Shown here in pieces: positions 51,251 through 64,000 of a stretch of 64,000 nucleotides of DNA. Numbering within the stretch: position 1 is the stretch's first letter; each line of letters opens with the position of its first letter. The notes under the pieces were generated by a model that did no database searches, had not been told where the DNA came from, and saw nothing but the letters and a program-made list of their open reading frames with translations. A program made the position numbers and the translations under genes. Location of the stretch: contig NC_052150.1 in NCBI RefSeq assembly GCF_902713615.1, positions 78,175,790 to 78,239,789 of the forward strand. The letters run 5' to 3'. This DNA is from Scyliorhinus canicula. Its lineage: Eukaryota.

Positions 51251-54200
51251 CACTTTGGATTCCCCCCCTCGCGCCAGGAGCGCAAAGCTCTTTACATCTA
51301 AGCCCTGCACATTTCTAAACAGGGGAATGAAAGCTCGAATAATACTGTGAAGGTGTTCAACCTTCACACCAGAGACGCATTTGGCACATTTACTTCACGT
51401 CGCTCCAACATGCTGATTAGAAGCGAGGGTGGACGTGGAAATAACACGTAACGATTTCCGCAGTGGAAATGTAACAAAAACTGTATATTTTCCAGAGAGC
51501 ACGGTTTGTGACCTCTCTCACATATATTGGTGCTGCCGGAATATTGGTCGGCATTTTTTATTGGCAAATAATCCCCTTTGCTTTCTCTTTTCTTGCTATT
51601 GTAATGTAAGCAAAAGGTGCAATAGACACAGTTCGCTTTCACAGAATTTGTGAAATGATTAATGAATAATGACTAAAGCTCTATAAGAAATGTGTATAGA
51701 ACGACGAGAGTACAATCTTTAAATGGCTTTATGCAAAACAATCTCCCTATCTTGTTTGAAGTGGATGAGAGCACACAATGATCTCCAGACCGCACTGAGC
51801 CGTGGAGACGCAAAGTTAGACCGCTCCACAAGTTCGACCTGGATTAACGGTTGTTTGCGTTTTTGTGAGTGTTTCCAAATCAATATTAGATCATTTATCC
51901 TCTAAAAAAATTGAATCCGTACAAATCTGACAGATGTGTGAGGTGCCTTGGATTTAAAAAAAAAAAGATTATTATGCTGCCTCTTGCTTGTTACAAGCGG
52001 GCATGGTCACGTTCAACTCCATCACATGCAAACCCTCCGGCTTCTCAGCAAAATTAGATAAACCACTTATCCGCTTAGGTGGCCACCGAGAAATATTAGC
52101 CACGATGCGTGGGCCAATTCTACATTTTAGACAGAATTTGCGCGAATGCGTTATTCCAAAACGAACACTTTCTCTCATTGAAAATAAGTTCAGGATGAAC
52201 AGCCAGACGTGGCCAAAAGCGGATAAAGGGATGTTTTATTTGACATTTGCCATGGGTGCATTTCTCTCTCTCTATATTTCTATGAAGTGTCAACAAGGAC
52301 AACTGAATAAGCACCATATTCGGATTTAGTGCAGGTTGAGATGTATTTTTTAAAAATAGTTTCAGTTTAGCGAGGGTTATATTCATTGAAGGGCAACCAA
52401 TAAAGTGCATTTTATTTCCGCACACTATCTTCGTGTAGCAATCTTTATGATTCAATACACGCGACGCGCCTTGCGAGGAATCCTGATGTGTCGAAAGAAT
52501 GGGACTGTGGAAAAAAGCTGAAGTTAAACTTTGCCTTAGGATTGGTCACAAATTAGCTTTTTGATGATCCAAAAAACAACTGCGCAGCGCCAAAACAAAC
52601 ATGTTTCCTGGGAAAAAAAGGACCTTTGCCATCAACATTTGCCAAGAAGACCTTCCATTTAAATTAAATCCCATGCAGTTAAAATATATTCTGCACTGGG
52701 AGCATTATTGGGTAAGGAGTTGACAATTTAATCTTGCTTTTCCAACTCTTTCATTATATAGAAACCAATGCGATGCAAATATCTTATTCATTTTTCTAAC
52801 CTACTGTAACTGAATTCAAACGCTATAAAAATAAAGCCAGCGCACAATTCAACAATTGTGGACCCTGAAATCACTGAGAATATTACTATAATTTGATATC
52901 AGCACATTATTTTATAATCAGGCTTTGTAATATGCATTATAGAGATTATTATGCAGTGCAGTCATTGTTCATTACACTGACCTATAGAATTTGCATGGCC
53001 CCACTCCTAGTTATTTAAAATCTCGTTAGAAAATACATTTATTTGTACTGAACAGACTGGCACAGTAAATGCATAACACGTGAGTCGCTGCAAATTTAAC
53101 TGTTTAAGAATAAGATCCAATTCAAATAGTGCATAATGGTTTTGCAACTGAATAGGTGCACTGAGCGAACTCCGTGTTCAGAATTACTGCAGGGCGATGC
53201 AGGATTTGTTTAAAGGTTTGGGGTTTTTGGGGAGAAAGAACATCCGAAAGGCAGTGGCACCATCTGTCGCTGTATGAATGGCCAAATTCCGACACATGTA
53301 CAGTAGTCTTTATAATATAATTAAATACAAGGCACCTCTGAGAACCGAGAGCGGGCGGTTTAGTTTGACCTGCGGTTTTGTCAGCACTTTGACAACCAGC
53401 TTCACCAGAATCCCGCAATAGACATTATAGTGGACCTGGGGTAAGCTGAAGACGCCACCTACATGGAATCCCTGACATTCCCAGCTAACGCGAGCAACCA
53501 GGCGCCCCCCAAAAGAGACAAGGATGCGGCTTTGTTTTGATAAAATCAGGCTGACTTTTAGGAAGAGTAAGGCTTTTTTGTTTCTAACTGTGTATTGCGT
53601 CTTTGCTGCGCGTTAGATTTGCAAACTCTAGTTTCTTGTCTCCGTCCTCTCGCTCCCACACGGGTGCACTCTCAGTAAATATGTCGCGGTGTGTTCTAAC
53701 CTAGTTTGCCGCTGATGTTTCAAAGGCAACAAAAGAAAGGGACGGATGCATCGATTCAATAGCCACCCAAAACGAAAAGGGAAGCTGGCGATGGTGCTTT
53801 CGATTAAATAAAAGCCGATACATGAGCCCAGATCGCTTCACTACCTCAGTCGCTTCGCCATTTTCTATCCATCTGCATTTCCCAATTAACAGCCCTCTAT
53901 TCAAGGTTCGCTTTTTTAATATACTGTGACTCTCAAATACCGCTTCTGGATCAAATTGACTCGTGTCCTCATTTTTAGCCATCACTCGTATACTTATTTC
54001 CAAGAATGGGTCATGTAATACTAAAAGAGATGTTTCCAAAGATGTAATGGCCTACCTTGTTGCTGTAAGATCAGGCATGCATTGCAGACATTCGGTTGAT
54101 ATTCGATGTGAATGAAATGTAATGTAAATACAGAAGTTTAAGGAGATAGTGAATTATTGCGACGCAGGCTATTTTCCTGCAGGAGTCCAACTCCACGGGA

Positions 54201-57200
54201 GGGCTGAGACCCGGATGAAGCTGAATTTCTGCACACTGATCTGTACTTCGAAGCCTGGTCGCTAAAAAAAATCAGAAACGCAATCGGATATCAAACTAGT
54301 CTTAAAGTTTGGAGGAAAAAAAAGCAAGCATTAAAATAAGATTGTGGTAAGAGAAAGCCTTCACTTGAGTTATTTGACAGCTTTGCAGTTTAAGGGCGAA
54401 CAGCCTGCTTAACATTGAACTTCAACTCGGCAAACTGCTACACAAGCCGAGGAAATGTATTTTTCAAAAAAGATGAAAGCTGTATCGTGTGAACTCAAAT
54501 TGAAGCCATATTGAAACTTAAGTCAAATGTTCATCCAAGAAAAAAAGACAAACATTTGGACGAGCCCAGTCGACACTTGTTAAGTCGATCGTGTCATTAA
54601 TTGTAATGTAATGAAGCAGTGAATTAAAATATAATTGGTCGTGCATGGATTCATTCATTCATTCTAAACTATCACTATCCAACAGTTAGAAGTTGATAAC
54701 TATATTTGTGGCCAATAGATGTTTTTATTGTCACCCTATAGGTAATCAATACGGCATGAAAACGGCCAGCCATATTGTTCTTTGCACATTTTTGCAGGAA
54801 TTTGTATTCGGATTAGTTCTTCCCAGGAATTGCACTGCACATTGTTTATTGCAGTGCAAATGAAGGCACATACGTCTCAATTGCCTGCAAATGCAAAGGC
54901 ACTTAACTGTAGTACCCCCCCCCCCCCCCCTCGCCCACCACCCGAGCCAATTTTCTAACGTGGAATGATTTAACTACACCGCCACTTTTTGAGGGGGAAA
55001 GATTGCAAATGAGAAGAGCATCTCCATGGATAAGTGAACTTGAACATTTCCTGATCAAGCCTCTAACTATAACATGGAAAATACCGCTGGGGTTATTGTT
55101 ACAGAGCTGTTGCTGCCTTTTAACGGAACCCCTTCACATTGTTGCAATACTTTTATCACAATTATCAATTCAAACATTGGTTGACTTTGAAACTAGTACG
55201 GCTGCGTGCATTGAAACATTCATATATTTTCGAGGCGACATTATTCCACGTTTTCAAATGAATGGTGTGAAATAAAATAAACTGCAAACTAAAACCCTTT
55301 CTTGGAGGCGTTGACCGTGGGGGTGGGGGAGCGCTAGCTATGTGTTGATTTTTTTTTTGGGGGGGGGGGGGCTCTGCAATGATTTGATTTTCCCCTGATT
55401 ACCCCTCAAAATATTCACGAATCTCAGAATCCAAACTGCAAATATTGGCCTCAGCGAAGTGCGTGTCTTTTATCGAAATCCATGTGTTTGTTTTATGTGG
55501 GTGGCTGTTTAGTGGCCTTGCTCAGTGGCAAGGACAAGACAACTGTCGGCCATTTTTATGCCTAGTGTCTCGGAAATTTCGCTGAAAGTTCATTCAAGAG
55601 AAAGTACTTCAAGAAACGAGCACCTTACTGAAATAAGAAGGCTTTGTAATGATCAAGAGCGTGTTTCCAATAAGAATGAAAGGACACCCCAAGTAATAAT
55701 AGGCATCGCCCCCAAGTGAGTCACATTTGAAGATGGAAACTGAGCCAGAGTTTTATCTTATTGTTCCATTGTTATATTCTTTGCTGGGCCACAGTAAATG
55801 TATCAAAATGATCCTGAAATGAGAGATTCTACATGAAGCACTGTGATTTACAACTAAGCCAAATTAATACTTTTAATTTGTTTTTCTGATCCCTTTGTGC
55901 CCCATAGCTCAGTAGTAGTCTCGCAGGGGAGTGCGTATTTAGTAAGGATTGGCATGAAGGCCACACGGTTTGTAAATTATAAGCGAGCATTTTACACCTT
56001 TGAGAAATTTGAGAGGACCGATCCTTCTTTCTCTCTGAAATGATATACCAGACTACAAGTACATGCCAGGATCTTTGTCTATGTATGTATGTAGGTATGT
56101 GTAACTAGGAATGGGTCAGTATTCCTCCCATTCCTGCTTCTTTTTAGCTGCTGCACATCTTCCCAATAAAAATTGTTGAATTTCCTTCGCGTATTTTATT
56201 ACAAAGTTTGGTGCAATCATTTAATAATTTCCGCAACCTGGAGCCCAAAATGTTAAGCTGCCCAACATGTCACGTGGAACACGGGGCGTCAGTGCCTTTT
56301 TAACACACTGCATGACAAAATAGACGAGACATTAATTAATCCTGAGCCTACCCCTCTGAATAATTTAGGCATAGCCCTCCTAATACCGGTGTTTTGTTTA
56401 CAAATGCTCATGAACAATGCTCCACTTCCCGGCATTTTTGAGGCAATTGCGTGGGGTTGCATTTCGAACTGAACATCCCGTTCACACTTTTATACGAAAT
56501 GTCAATTTGAAGATAAATTGGGAGTTCAGGTCATGTTTTTGAATTTGGTTTGCACTATGATAAAAATAAAATGGAGCTATACCCTTCACTGCGGCAACTC
56601 AGGGCCGGGATTCAAGGAAACAGAATATCAGATTGGAACAAACCCAGTCATAGTCCGATGGTGTTTTCGGCGGTGTTTCCTTTCATGAAAACAGACACTA
56701 AAATACGGTTGTATGTTAGCAGGACCCTCTCCTCGAATGGGACGAGCGCCAGGCCAAGCAGTCATGAACATTGCATTAGCGAGAAAGGACGCAGAGATTC
56801 ACTCGAAAGGGCCGCTTTTGAACTTGGAAGATCTTTACTTTGAACTTGGCTCGAAGAACACAGCTTGGAATTTCAGAATGGTCGTCAGTAAAATATGATG
56901 TACTCACCTCCAAAGATAGCAAACATTGCTACACGGGCAGGCGAACTATTTTCCTGCATGTTTCGGATAGATTCTTCCAGCTTTCTAACCCTGAATCTTT
57001 CAGAAATAGCCGCTGTTCCAAAATGCACAGGTGCAGTGCGTTCCTAATGCCTTTTTAAAAAATCTTTTCGATGCCCAGTGGGCGCACTCACATGAACGCA
57101 AAAGCGGCAGTCTTCTAATTGCACCTAATCTCTGTCAGGTTAGCATATCCCAAGCCGTGGTGTGATGCCGTTGTCTCCCAGATGAACATTCAGGACCCAC

Positions 57201-58227
57201 ACACGTCGCATGTGTGCGCACTAAACTTGCAATGTGACAAAATGACTGAACCCCTTTCAGCTGAAAGAGCATATGGAATAACAATGCAATACTGAATTTG
57301 TGTTCAATGTCAACAAGAAAACTAACCGCGTCTGTGTACCAGAGGAGACAGAGAGAATTGCATTTTAATGAAAGTTACAATTAATGAATTGCATGCGCGT
57401 CCTTTCTGATACTTTATTAATGAGTTATGTAAATTACTTTGGATGACAGTGACTCAGAATGCGGTTACATATATTTTCTGATTGTGGGACTTAATAAATG
57501 TTTTGAGGTCAATGGGCAAAGTTCAGGTGGCGATATGCTGCTTCATTTTTTAAGAGTGTGTTTTCACATAACTGTCAACAAATTTGCCACTGGAACGTAT
57601 ATTGTATCTGCCCACGTAGAGCTGGAAAACTAACGTTTTACTTCTAATTCATTAACTATTAGAAACAAATCACATTAACAAAGGAGCAACATCCATTCTA
57701 TGATATTGCATTCTGCAGGCAGATAAATAAATAAGACCTCCGATTTCAAAAATGGACAAGTACCAAACTTCGAACTTGACGATAAACAACATTTTGGCCC
57801 GCACAGTTTCGGTAAATCATTAACCAGTACGGCACCACTGAAAGACAGTGCTGTAAGCATGCGAAATAAATAGTTCAAGGCGATTGAAAACAACACAATT
57901 GGTGACAGAAATTAAGCGTGCTCCATTGAAGAATGAAAATATATATATTTTTCTTTCGTGACACACAATCATTATTGCAATCTCAGACTTTGAGGTGTAA
58001 TTACATGTAATGTTTGACTTTATGTCTACATAGAAAGTCCGGTAAGTGAAATGGATCGACGTATAATTTTAAGGAAGTCTCAAGTTCTATATTGTACAAA
58101 GTGTATTAGGTTGCATCCAAAGATATTTTTGGGCGTGTGATATTATATGTTAAGTGGAATTATAGCGGTATATGTATGCACAGTTACCTAGAATGTACTC
58201 AAGAATGTTTGCAAATACTCGCAGTTA

Positions 58228-58284
58228 TTTTTTTTAGATTTAGATTTAGATCTAAAATTTAGATTTTAGATTTTTAGATTTAGA
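58228..58284. repeat. Imperfect (TTTAGA)n simple repeat
   Basis: tttttagatttagatttagatctaaaatttagattttagatttttagatttaga. Confidence 0.8.
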
Positions 58285-58948
58285 AATGAAATATATTTCC
58301 CCGCGAAATGCAGCAAACTCTAATATATAATGCTTTAATTATCCTTTGCTTTATTTTGTAAATTGAAGACTGATTACTCAGATAAAAGTGAAACATTGCA
58401 TGCACAAAATGTCCCGTGGCACAAACTAGCCTAAATATCATCTCAATTGTTATTAGCTTAATGTCGTATGTGTGTGTTTGTGAATATACGTATATATATA
58501 TATATATAATGTATGTGGCAATGCGAAATGAAACCGTTTATTACATATAATATATAAGCATGTATTTTGCCTGTTTAGTTTATGTATATGTAAATGCACA
58601 TATATATCAAAAAATATTTATATACATCAATTAATATGCACACACAACGTTAATATTCGCAAATATACGTTGGCGGGTACGTGTAAATTCAATATTTGAG
58701 GCTGCATTAATGGCCTTAGATTTTTTTTTACATTTTAGCATTTGTGCTTTATTTTAGACACATAACTAAGTAGGTCACCTGTGCTATATGCATTCCTATA
58801 TATCTAATTTCTGAAGGGTTAACTTTTCCGACCCCTGATGTCTTATCTAGTGTACTCTATTATTGATTTGCAGGTATATTCTATTCTTCATGCCAGGAAA
58901 GCAACGAGTCAATTACCAATGTACATCCAGGCAGATTTGATGTAAATG

Positions 58949-59062
58949 GAACCAGATATATTACGAAGAAAATCACTCCATTTAATAACATATGTTCGAC
59001 GCGGCTAAATAGCATTTGGTTACACATTTTTAAGTAAATTCACCAATTGCATAAGTTGTCTG
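58949..59062 (-). pseudogene. Possible extremely decayed homeobox relic at the HoxA12 position (speculative)
   Basis: Q12, E19, F20, I47, W48 and F49 sit in exact homeodomain register, with four stop codons. L16, N51 and R53 are absent. Confidence 0.12.
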
Positions 59063-61726
59063 GCGAAATTTTGTTTTAAAAATTATAAAAAGCCTTTTTA
59101 CAAACGTGTATGTGCTGTTCTTTGGGGGGCGGGGAGAGGTGGTGAGTGCGGATAGTATTACACATTCACTTTAAGCAGCCCGTGGCTCATCCTTGAAGTC
59201 AGGTCAGGTCATTTCGCTAAATGTTGGTTTGCAGTAATCACACTAATCATTAAATGCACACTTCCATGTTTCCGATTATTAAGAATATCAAATTGTGAAT
59301 AAATGTATAATGTAATACGAAGTTAACATGGAACGCAAACACATAACCCGTGTTTTGCAGTATATATATATTACAGTATCCTACACTGATTGATTTGCGA
59401 CCTCAGAAATGATTGTATGACGGCAACCGCGTGAAAAGAAGCAAAATAAATCAAATAAACTATTTTTTTAATGACGATAAATAAACACATCGACTACAAA
59501 TTGAACAATCACTCCAACTTCATTTACTAGAAATAAAGGCACATGGATGTGAATATTTTTATTTTTGTTTCTAAGGAAGTGGAGTTAAAACCAGCGAAAT
59601 AAAATTCAAAACGACACAGAAAGGCACATCAGGTCTTAAACGCCTGTCGACAATGACTTCTTTGTTTCTTTTTCTAATGTTGACTTATACATCAATAAAT
59701 AATAGGCAATGCTATAATTATAGATGATTCAGTGCATACATTTAGTCCCTAAAAGTTAGTTTAATAATGTTTCATTTGGTGTATTTGTATCGCAATATGA
59801 TGTATTTTATAACATTCTAAAGTGACGTGCTGACTTGCCCGTGAGTGCGGCACAGGAGACCATTACTGAGGCTGTTTCCAGCGCGAATTCAATGATCCAA
59901 ATGCATTATTGTTTTTACAATAAACTAGTTTAATCGCTCGTGATCGCCACTGTACTCATAAAAGGTACGTTTATTTACTGTAAATAGAGATTCACAGTTC
60001 AGGATGGATGCATTGGCACAGAACGATTGGCAGAATCGAAAGCTCAATGATTATGTTGGAGAATGTCTGTTCCAATTGATTGCACTTTCTGCTTTGCTGC
60101 CCTTACATCATGAGGGCAACATTGACAATATAATTAATTTCACTTGAACCGTTATCTTCAAATAAATTAATAACACGAAATGACTCTGGTAATCGGAGAT
60201 GTGCCGTTGGCTGCTCAGTCTCATCTTTTACCTTTAGCTTATTTGATCTAAAGCACAAGAACGACAAAAAAAACAGGCTGAGAGAAGGTTCTGCACTGGA
60301 TGAGCCTCTTTGGAAAGCATTGATAATTGTCAGCTCCATCTATAAAACCAAGCAACAATGGTTACCCCTAACTAATAAACACTGATTAACTATTTTTCTT
60401 CAATTTCGTGCAAATAGAAATCTTACGATATACTTCGACTCGGTGGACCTAGGAAACAACGACATTGGACCATTAGGCCTGCCTTGATCAGAGTGAATGT
60501 GGGTGGTTCTCCTCAAATACTTTCCAACAAATATTTCAACGGATTTTACTAAAGGGTGGCGTGATTGGCTCGAAAGAATCATGTGACGAATGTAGAATTT
60601 TTTAATCCCACCACATTTTGACAAATCAGCTTTCATTTTTGGGATAGACATCTCCTAGTTTGCGGTTTGGGCTGTGTTAAGAACACAAGGGAGAATAAAT
60701 GAATTAACAGTGATTAGAAATAAATGGAACAAAAAAATCTATTGTTTACATAAGCAACTCACTTAAGCTCGTCGCAACTAATAAGTGCAAAGAACGTATT
60801 TTTACAACATCCACGCTTAACACAGCACTCTTTGCATGTCTGTGGGATTTATCTGTAATTATGTATTTTTAAACGAATGTTTGGTTGATGCAAAAATACA
60901 AATGCAGATGGAGGGATGACTAATTTCTACAGAAAGAAAACGTTTTGGAATTTCCCATTCAATTACCCACACGTTAGATTTGAGATGATGTATGCTTCAT
61001 AAATATCTAGGTACAGTTCTTAAGATCTCGGCTTATTCCCAGCCAAATTCCATGATACGACTGGCACGAGAAAGAAAAACAACTGAGAGCCTGCCTTAGT
61101 TTTGTAAAGTGCAGCATGTTGAAATATGCAACTTAATGATCAGGAGTATGAACGTTAATTGATAAACCCGACCAACAGATTATCAGGAGCAGACAAACGA
61201 GCTGCAGATAAAGACAGAGTGATCAAGTGATGAAAGAATGAATGTGGACGGGTACGTATATAGGCTGATCAAATATATATATTTAAAACGTCATTAAAGT
61301 AAAACTATGCTTTTCACAAATATGATCGTGGTCAACTTTATCTGATCAGTATGGTTGCTCTGAGAGGCTGAAATTTAAACCAACATTAAACCATTATTGT
61401 GCAAAGCACGTCACCATAGGCCCTTACTTATATCGATTCTACACCTTCGGGCTTGTGATCCTAGTGCAATACCCGAAGTTGGTGATTGTTTTTGAAGGTT
61501 TTTTTATTTATGATAAACAAATGATTCCCGACGAGCCGTTGAAATGGGAACATTTAAAATAATTTCTCTGAGCATTTGCACAATTTAGACAATGGATAAT
61601 TAATTGTTAGTGTCACTGACCTACATGTGACGGTCCCAGTTCACCCTTTGCTCTTTTATTGTTGAAACAATTATGTTTGGTTGCTTGCTTGTCCAAAGCC
61701 CGTATATATGAATATCCTCAGATTTA

Positions 61727-61740
61727 ACAGTAGATGGCGC
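61727..61740 (+). promoter_or_regulatory. CTCF motif 3' of HoxA13, pointing to the 5' (Evx) side
   Basis: ACAGTAGATGGCGC, one mismatch to consensus. Confidence 0.65.
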
Positions 61741-63348
61741 GCTTGCTCTACCAATACACTTCATGACTATTCATGAGCTGTTAATAGTCAAGGTCAAAGA
61801 CTATCTGTTTTCGTCAAGGTCAAGGTTTAAGCCCCCCTCCTAACGCCCTGCCTCCATATTAAAACGAAAAGGAGAGCTTATATTTCCAATCAGAATATGG
61901 AGAAAATGTATTGTCTTTAAACTTTCAGCAGAACCTAATACAAACTTAGGGGTATACTTCCAAAAAGCGTTTCTATCATAATTATCGTGATACGTTTACT
62001 GGTTTCGATTAAAAGCAGCGGGGAATACTCTTGGATGCCTTTAGCTCTCAGCAATTTTGTTTTGAATATTTCTAAAACTTTAGTATGGAAGCATGATTTC
62101 AAGGTATTTTAAACGTCTAAACCAATGGCCTGGGTGACATCAAGAATAAGTCTAGCTGGTCCATACATATTGCTTTACATTTTGTATTGAAAGCTGTCAG
62201 TTGGCGTCATGCTTCTTAACAAAAAAAAACGACGCTGTTGTTTATGAACATCTTTTATTCGTGAAATAATTTGTTGTAATGCAAGTAATTCACTAGATGA
62301 AAAAAGACAATAGGGTATACAAATTAAACAGCTGCATAATAATAATGCAAGACATTTTAATTTCATGATTATCATTCGTGATTTATTTTTTTAACTATTA
62401 TTGGTATATATTAACTAAGCAGGAGGGTGCATGCAGATATAATAATGCAGTATTTAAAAAAAATACAATTGCAGGCAGATGTTATCATCTTTAGGAAGAA
62501 AGCTGTGCGCCTTAAGTCTGCGTGGAGACTCTTGCTATGTGAAGTGGGTAATATAACAAGCAGACAGAGAAGACTTAATATTTAGTTCATTTACACGGGA
62601 GGGGGTGATTCTATGTTTGCATACAGATTTTTCTTCCGCTCCGTAGAAAATGGCAATCTACTCTGCTATTTAATTGCGAGAGTCTGGATGCTCCTAAATA
62701 TATACAGAAGACGAAATGCAGAATGCTAGAATAGTACGTGTTTACTTTCCCATATACACTGCTGTTTAGAATATAATCTTCTTTCTACCTGTACATTAAT
62801 ATCTTTAGAGATAGCGCATCCCATCTAAAGAAAATGCAGTGCGTAAACATACATTTTATTATACATTTCACGATATATCCCATAGTTTACCTGAGGAAAA
62901 AAAATGATCATGCACTCTAGCTTTTTGCTAACCAGAACCTTTTCCAGCAAAACACATTTTCTTTAGGTGCTTAGATAACGTTTGTGTGAAGGTACTGCAC
63001 AAATCAAATTGGTACATTTACTCTTGTGAGGTGACATCTTTTTATGCAGTAGACAATCAGCCCCGCATGTTTTCTACATTTCAAAATAGCAACACCTTCG
63101 GGTCTTGATTAATGTGCTTGGTTTACTTTTTGCTGCACATTAGCTTGATTTAAGATAATCTTTATACAATATCTCTCCGGGGGATTCACTTGTGATTTTG
63201 CCCTTTTAAAAAAAAGAAAAAGCAATGAGCAGACAGGGGGAAAACATCTAGCATCAAGAAAATGAGCTGTGGTGGGTTTTTTTTTCTTCAGGCTGAAATC
63301 AGTTATTTTTTTTTCAGATGAAGTCCGCACGTTTCTCGGATTGTCGCA

Positions 63349-63593
63349 CTAGCTGTTACTTTTCAGCTTGGTCAGAACTTTCTTTTCTTTCACTCGTCTG
63401 TTTTGAAACCAAATAGTGACTTGTCTCTCAGAGAGGTTTGTTGATGCCGATATCCTCCTTCGCTTGTCCTTGGTGATGAATTTATTGGTGGCATATTCCC
63501 GCTCAAGTTCTTTCAACTGCACTTTGGTGTAAGGCACTCTTTTTTTCCTCCCACGACGAAAGGAACTCGCGTCTGAAGGATGCGAAACCACGT
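63349..63593 (-). CDS. HOXA13: HoxA13 exon 2 (homeobox)
   Basis: Acceptor TTCACAG|AC. Encodes [81 protein letters not shown]. Confidence 0.96.
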
Positions 63594-63990
63594 CTGTGAA
63601 GAGAGAAACACACCTTATTATCCGTGGCATTGAGCACCCGTCACCGGGCAAAACACGGTAACTGTCGCCGGGGTCCAGATAACCATTGTGCCAAGAATAT
63701 CGAGTGCACTTTTTGCAATGCATTTTACAGCAGGAGATATAATTCTGAACATGCGGGAGAATGGAGAAGTGCTTCTGAAAAATCATGCAAAAATAATATT
63801 AAGCCATTAAAGTTTGTGGTAACATAGCAATGCTGGTAGTGCGGAATTACGCATGTAATTTCTGGATGCTAATCTCTGTTATATATTATCTCAGTTACCC
63901 GTATGTATTTACACACCGGAATGCTTTGTTCTATTCATTGTGTTACTTTCTCCTGCGAATTGAAAGCCTCTTGTGTTCCTCTATACTTAC

Positions 63991-64000
63991 CTGGCAGGCT
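63991..64000 (-). CDS. HOXA13: Last 10 nt of HoxA13 exon 1 (the rest is outside the window)
   Basis: AGC CTG CCA G|GTAAGT gives S-L-P-D across the junction, matching the HoxA13 ..LP/DVVSHP junction. Intron is 397 bp. Confidence 0.88.

Noticed and set aside
54830-54859. 10-bp perfect inverted repeat TTGCACTGCA/TGCAGTGCAA
   Set aside because: About one such stem is expected by chance in 64 kb, and it is too short for a miRNA or MITE.
63594-63786. N-terminal extensions of homeobox ORFs in the track (also A5, A6, A9, A10)
   Set aside because: They are intronic read-through upstream of clear splice acceptors.
63983-64000. U1 snRNA gene start
   Set aside because: The match breaks after 16 nt (CT instead of GG) and is fully explained as the reverse complement of the HoxA13 splice donor.

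Overview
This is vertebrate genomic DNA, not prokaryotic. It is the central and posterior part of a HoxA cluster, with all genes on the minus strand: HoxA5, A6, A7, A9, mir-196, A10, A11, and the end of exon 1 plus exon 2 of HoxA13. There is no intact HoxA8 or HoxA12, as expected for a HoxA cluster. The compact, low-GC proteins without mammalian poly-Ala expansions suggest a cartilaginous fish such as horn shark (my inference). A5, A6, A7, A9 and A11 splice cleanly through one phase-1 GT-AG intron each, and the A13 junction is also in frame. HoxA10 exon 1 has about a dozen indels, probably sequencing error. Non-coding DNA holds CTCF motifs, E-box/CCAAT promoters, Hox/Cdx/MEIS site clusters, miR-196 and miR-181 target sites, and long G/C homopolymers. 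The best leads for something undescribed are three. (1) A HOXA-AS3-like antisense unit whose predicted splice (3501 to 14142) makes an in-frame 91-aa ORF. (2) An antisense-facing core promoter in the HoxA11 intron. (3) A speculative, heavily decayed homeobox at the HoxA12 position. Comparisons with mammalian sequences are from memory and need alignment to confirm.
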